Of a stretch of DNA of 64,000 bases, positions 58,576 through 64,000 are shown one piece after another. The stretch's first letter is position 1. Every line of letters starts with the position of its first letter. The position numbers were made by a program, and so were the translations under genes. Source of the DNA: the human T2T-CHM13v2.0 reference genome, Homo sapiens; NCBI RefSeq assembly GCF_009914755.1, contig NC_060931.1. The stretch is one strand, 5' to 3'. Below the pieces are notes generated by a model, which saw only the letters and a list, made by a program, of their open reading frames with translations, did not search any database and had not been told where the DNA came from.

Positions 58576-59200
58576 TTGGAATTCTCCTACATAGGAGATT
58601 TGTCTATTTCCCCCCACTCATTTCCTCAGTCATTTATTCATATCAGTAAGAACTCATGGATGTGTATTTTATAATTTGGTTTATCATCCAATGCCACTTT
58701 ATTTATATCAATATTATTGCTCAAAGTATACCAGTTTTGGCCATTGGGAGTTCTTTCCATTGCCTCCTGTGTCCCTTTGACAGACCCTCATTACTCTCAG
58801 TTTCTGTGAGTTGTGTGTATGCACTGAATTTGCTAATATTTTATTAACATATTTGCACCTCCATTTTCTTTTCTGATAATATATTTATCAGGTTATGATT
58901 TCAGGGTTATGCTGCTTCATAGAGCAAGTTAGGAAATGTTCCCTCCTCTATTTTTAAAAGGAGTTATTCATTTATTTAAGATTGGTTTTATTATACTTCT
59001 TCACTTAATGTTTGATATAATTCACTGGTAAAGCCATCTGAGATTGAGTTTTCTTTGTGAGAAAGTTACAATCACGAGTTCAATCTCCTTAATAAAAACA
59101 GGGTTGTGCAGATTTTTCTATTCCTTTGTCAATTGGGCAAGCTATATTTTTCAAGATATTCATTCATTTTTATCTAAGCTAATGAATTTACTAACACAAA

Positions 59201-59414
59201 ACAGAGCTTCTCCACCTCAACATTATTGGCATTTGGGGCCAGGTAGGTCTTTGTTATGATAGGATAGTGTGTACTACAGGATGTTTAGCAGCTTCCTTGG
59301 CCTGTGTCCACAAGTTGTGTAGTAACTTTCCTCCCGGGTTGTGACAACCAAACTATTTCCAGATATTGCCAAATATCCCCCCTGGGAAAAATTACCCCCA
59401 TTTGAGAGCTACTG
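59201..59414 (-). mobile_element. MER20 (hAT)
   Basis: CTTCTCCACCTCAACATTATTGGCATTTGGGGCCAGG..CAGGATGTTTAGCAGC..CCAGATATTGCCAAATATCCCC..GAGAGCTACTG. Confidence 0.85.
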
Positions 59415-60397
59415 TCATAAAGTTATTCATAATATCCCCTTGTTATGTCTTTAATGTTTGTAAGATTTGTAATGATGTCTCCTCTTCTTAAAATGATATT
59501 AGTAATTTGTGTTTTCTCCACTATTTCTTTGTTACGGGTTTGTTAATTTTTTCAAAGAACTGACTTTTGACTTTAATTTCTCTATCTTTTATTTCACTAA
59601 TTTCTACTTTTATATTTACTATTTCATTTCTTCAAGTTGGATTTTATTTTGTCTTCTGTTTCTTAATGTAGACACTTAACTAGTTCACTGTAAACCTTCA
59701 TTTTTTATTCTAGGCATTTAATGTTATAAATTTCCATTTTACTGGTAATTTGGGTGCTTCTAACAAATTTTGATAGACTTCTTATCATAGAGTTCAAAAT
59801 ATTTTTCATTTTACTTGTGATTTCTGTGACTCGTGGATTACTCAGAAGCAAAATACTTAATGTCTATATATTTTGGTATTTTCTAGATAATTTTCTGCCA
59901 CTGATTTTTATTTTTGGCCATGGATCATATACTCTATGATTCTGATCTTTTGAAATTTATTGAGACTTCTTTTTTGTGTGCTGTCATCTGATTAGTTTAT
60001 CTTGTTGGGTGTTCTTCGTGCAGTTGAAAAAAAATTGTGCTTTTTAGTTGATGGATATCATATTCTATTAACTCAATTATGTCAAGTTAGTGGAGAGTGT
60101 TAATGAAATCTAAATTTACCTGATTTTTATTATTCTATTAATTACTTATTATAGACTTGACTATTTCCCCCATTTAATTCTCTTAAGTATTTCTTTGTGT
60201 CTTATAATTGTTACATATTCTTAAATAATGAAGACTTTTATCATTATGAATGTGCTTCATATCTCTGGTAATACTATGTGTCTTGATGTCTTACTTTTCT
60301 GATATTAATATGGTCATATCTTTCCTATGCTTATTGTTTTCATGGTATATTTTCCCCATCCTTTTATTTTATGCATTTTTTTAAAAGTTTGCCTTCA

Positions 60398-60609
60398 GTC
60401 AGCCTGGGCAAAATAAAGAAGTCCTGTTTCTACAAAAAGTAAAATAATTAACTTGGCATAGTGACATGTGCCTGTAGTCCCAGGTTCCTGAGAGGCTGAG
60501 GTGGGAGGATCACCTGAGCCCAGGGAGATCTAAGGTGCAGTAAGCCATGATTGTGCCACTGTGCTCCAGCCTGGACGACAGAGTAAAATCCCATCTCAGG
60601 AAAAAAAAA
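60398..60609 (+). mobile_element. 5'-truncated AluJ
   Basis: Perfect 15-bp TSD AAAAGTTTGCCTTCA at 60383-60397 and 60610-60624. Confidence 0.92.
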
Positions 60610-62864
60610 AAAAGTTTGCCTTCAATAACAAATTACTACTTAAAAATGTAAGAAGGCTGCAACACTATAATTCTATTTACCCTCTCTCCTATACAATATG
60701 GCTTCATTGCCATGTATTTTACTTCTAGATATGTTCTAAACCCAAAATATACAGTTATTAGTTCACTTTAGTCAATAATTTTTTAAATATATACGTCTCT
60801 ATAGATAAATATGTAGAGATATGATATATGGGATACACATAGAATGAAGACAATACAAAATGTTTCTGTATGTTTATTTATATATCAGGACTTCCATCTG
60901 GTGTCATTTCACATTAGCGTAAAGAGTTTCTAGACATTCTGCTGGAGGTGTTCTGGAATAAATTTGCTCAGCTTCTGTCTGTATGAAAATAGCTTTCTTT
61001 TGCTTTCAATTTTTTTTGCTAGACATTGAATTTAAATTGATATATTTTATGTTCTTAGACACTTCAAATATGCTATTCCATTTTCTATGGCCTCCATCAC
61101 TTTTGATATAGAAATTAGTAGTGATATTATTATTGTTTCCCAGTATGTAATGTATATCTTTCTTAAGACTAATTTTAAGGGTTTTTTTATTTGCTGTTTC
61201 CCTAGGTTTAGTGTTCTTTAAATTTGTTTTTTGTTTTGTTTTGTTTTTAGGATTCACTGAATTTCTTGAATATATGGATTTACATATTCAGTCAGTTTTG
61301 GAGATTTCTAAGTTTTTATCTTTTCAATATTTCTTCTATCCCCTTTCTGCTCCTTGGATTCCAAGTACATATGTGCTAAATGATTTGATATTATCCTAAA
61401 GATATCAGATGCTCCCTTCCATTTGTCCTTGATTTTGCTCTTTATATTCAGTTTATATAATTTCTACTGACCGTCTCAAGTTTACAGGTTTTTTTCCCTC
61501 TGTTATGTCCAATTTGGTGATAATGCTAAAAAGTGAACTTTTTACTTCTAATATTTATTTCTAATATTTCAACTTGCTTTTTATAAATAGTTCCCATCTT
61601 TTTGCTAAAATTCCCTGTCTGTTCATGCATGTTTTCCATTTTTTATACAGATGCTTTAACATATCTATCAAAGTGATTTTAAAGTCTCTGCCAGATAATA
61701 CCAAATCTGGGCCATTTCTGTATTTTCCCCTATTAATCATTTTCTCTCTTGACCATGGCTCACATTTTCTTGCTCCTTCATGTCTCATAATCTTTATTAT
61801 ATGCTAGATATTGTATAAAAGAAAACAGTAAATAACATGTACCTCAAAAAACATCTTGCCATTTTTTCTATCAAGATTATTGTTTGGAAGGCTGAATCAA
61901 ATCTTTCAACAGTGAGTCAAAAACCCACATTCTGGGTTTTGTTGAAGTTTTGATTCAGTTTATTTACTATTGCTTTCAAATATGCTTGAGTTCTTGGCAC
62001 TGGCAAAATCTCAAGATTAATGTGCACCTACTAGCTCATTCCACCAAACTATTCAATACTTTCTTAGCTCAAACACCTAGCTTCCAATATCTCCACCGGT
62101 TGTTCTGTTTACTCTCCAGTCTTGCCGGTCATTTCTGTGCCTCAGGAGAATCCTGGGCAGCCTGCCACCCTGCCTCCAGCCTTCACAGAGCTGCTGCAGT
62201 ACACTGGTTAAAGGCCTAGAATCTGCAAAGAAATTTCTTCAGCATTCATGCCCTACCCCATGCCTTTAACATATGACATTTGAGCACTTAATGAAGACCT
62301 TTAGGAGAGAATTGGAGAGTGAGTGCACACTCGTTCTATCACTGGAACGACATGAGATTGTAATCTATCATCCTGGTCCACACACAGGGGTGTCATTCGG
62401 CAGGTCTCCCTTCGGCCCTGTTTATGGTGCATTCCTCCTTCTCCCACTGTTTTGTAGGTGATTAAAGCAACTCTAATTCTATTCTCTCTTAGGAAGCTCT
62501 CCTTATCTTTTGGATTTAAGTGTACTTAAATTTGCGTCCTCATTTCTTTGATAAGTTTTTTAAAAATGTTTAAAAAAAAAAAACCTTCTCCAGCTTGTGT
62601 TTGTTGTGAAGAAACAGTCTTTTATAACATAAATCCTAATTGGACTCTGTGTTTTCCTTATTTTATATTCGGAACACCTCCTCAAGGATTTCTGGACCCA
62701 ATTCTCCTCTTTTCAGCAGCAGTGATGATCACTTAGCAAAAGAGTGAAAATACCCTCTTTTCCCCCCCTAACCAGTTAACTTTACTCACCGTCATCACTT
62801 ATCTTTGTGTAGTAAAAGTTGAGGACAGAATTCACTCTTCCAAATTTAATACAGATATTCATGC

Positions 62865-63070
62865 CACAGTGGTTAATAGCTGTAGCTTTGCAGTCAAAAT
62901 ATCCGAGTTCTAGTTGCTAGCTGTGTGGTCATGTGCAAGTCATAATACCTAGGATCCTCTATTTCCATTGTTTGAAATAAGATATGGGATAATAACAGAA
63001 CCTAATCCATAGCATTTCTATAAAAATTAGATGATATAAACTACTTTACACAATGCCTGGCACAACAAAT
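62865..63070 (+). mobile_element. MIR
   Basis: CAGTGGTTAATAGC..CTAGCTGTGTGGTCATGTGCAAGTCA..ATGGGATAATAACAGAACCT..ACAATGCCTGGCACA. Confidence 0.8.
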
Positions 63071-63416
63071 TCATTCATTGGCCAAGTGTTATTGAACTCC
63101 TAAAATTATTCTTACTAGAAATTATGATTATGACAAAAACCCTACAAAAGATGACTTGAATATTTGGGAAAGAAAGTTTTAACACATGGGAAAGATTAGC
63201 TCCATGCAGGTGTGAAGCAAGATGAATGAGACAGAGGAAATATAGAAGATCCTGCCTAAGAAGGAGTACAGAGACATAACCAAGAGTTTCAGATAGGTAA
63301 GTTATTTGCAGAAATTAATAAAGACCTCTGCTTTTAAAATAATTGGAATGACAAAGATGTGTCAATAGAGTCAGGAGTTTACTGCCTGTGAATGTAAGTC
63401 AGGTGGCACAGCGGGA

Positions 63417-63446
63417 AATGGTAGTTTTGCTAATGGTAGTTTTGCT
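63417..63446. repeat. Perfect 15-bp tandem duplication
   Basis: AATGGTAGTTTTGCT x2. Confidence 0.9.
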
Positions 63447-64000
63447 ATGTATCTGGGGCACTATCTCTGAAAATCAGCCAGACAAACTTCAATCTTTTCA
63501 ATCCCTGGTTTCCAATGTAACCTATCCAGGTTTCTAACATAATCTGACCAGCATATCAGTGGAAGGGGGTGAGCTGAGAGAGACTTATATATTAACATTT
63601 GACAAATTATATGTTTCAAAATAATTATGTTCCTTTTCTGCTTATAATTTTTAACAGCTAATTTCTAGAAAAGTAATTTTTGCAAAATTTTTAGTTATGG
63701 CTGACTGCTATTAGGATTTGGGTGATTTACCATTAAAAGAGATAAAAGAGAATTGAAATGAGAGATAAGGCTGTTTTCAAGATTTAGTACAACCTAGAGA
63801 AATCCCTTAGCTTCAGCATCATACTAAATATAACCAGAAATCATTAAGAAAGAATGTTCTTCTATTCAAACTTATCCCAGACTGTTAAAATTACTGGCCT
63901 TTATATCTGATAGCACCTAGACCACTACTGAACTCGGAACTCAAGAAATCACTGTTAATCAAATAATTGGAAGCTTTTCAGAAAATTTTCCTTTCAAAAT

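Larger units (their letters stand above)
58800..62720 (-). mobile_element. Very old L1ME-like ORF2/ORF1/5' fragments interrupted by MER20 and an Alu
   Basis: AGGAAATGTTCCCTCCTCTATTTT..ATAATTCACTGGTAAAGCCATCTG..TTTGAAATTTATTGAGACTT..CTCAGCTTCTGTCTGTATGAAAAT; boundaries approximate. Confidence 0.65.

Overview
Primate (human-like) genomic DNA, AT-rich and mostly made of interspersed repeats. It looks like the intron of a large gene or an intergenic region. No conventional protein-coding exon, RNA gene, CpG island or CRISPR array can be supported, and almost all ORF-track entries are repeat-derived or chance. Main elements: a truncated ERV-L provirus with its MLT2 5' LTR (222-3994, -); a stack of four same-orientation L1s ending in a full-length L1PA7-like copy with an open ORF0 (18245-26205, -); a young L1PA2/3-like twin-primed inversion inside a Tigger1, which creates a 546-aa chimeric ORF with a hydrophobic leader and an L1 RT domain whose catalytic motifs are intact (37220-38860, +); a full THE1B nested antisense in a full MST MaLR (43620-48191); a near-perfect 5'-truncated AluYc1-like insert with no TSD (14989-15174); an ancient LF-SINE in a motif-rich unique block (17717-17900); and a candidate 11-nt microexon on the minus strand (32882-32892). 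I found no convincing new multi-gene system. The best leads are the chimeric RT ORF, the microexon, the LF-SINE block and the TSD-less young Alu. Subfamily names come from recalled consensus sequences and need RepeatMasker/Dfam confirmation.
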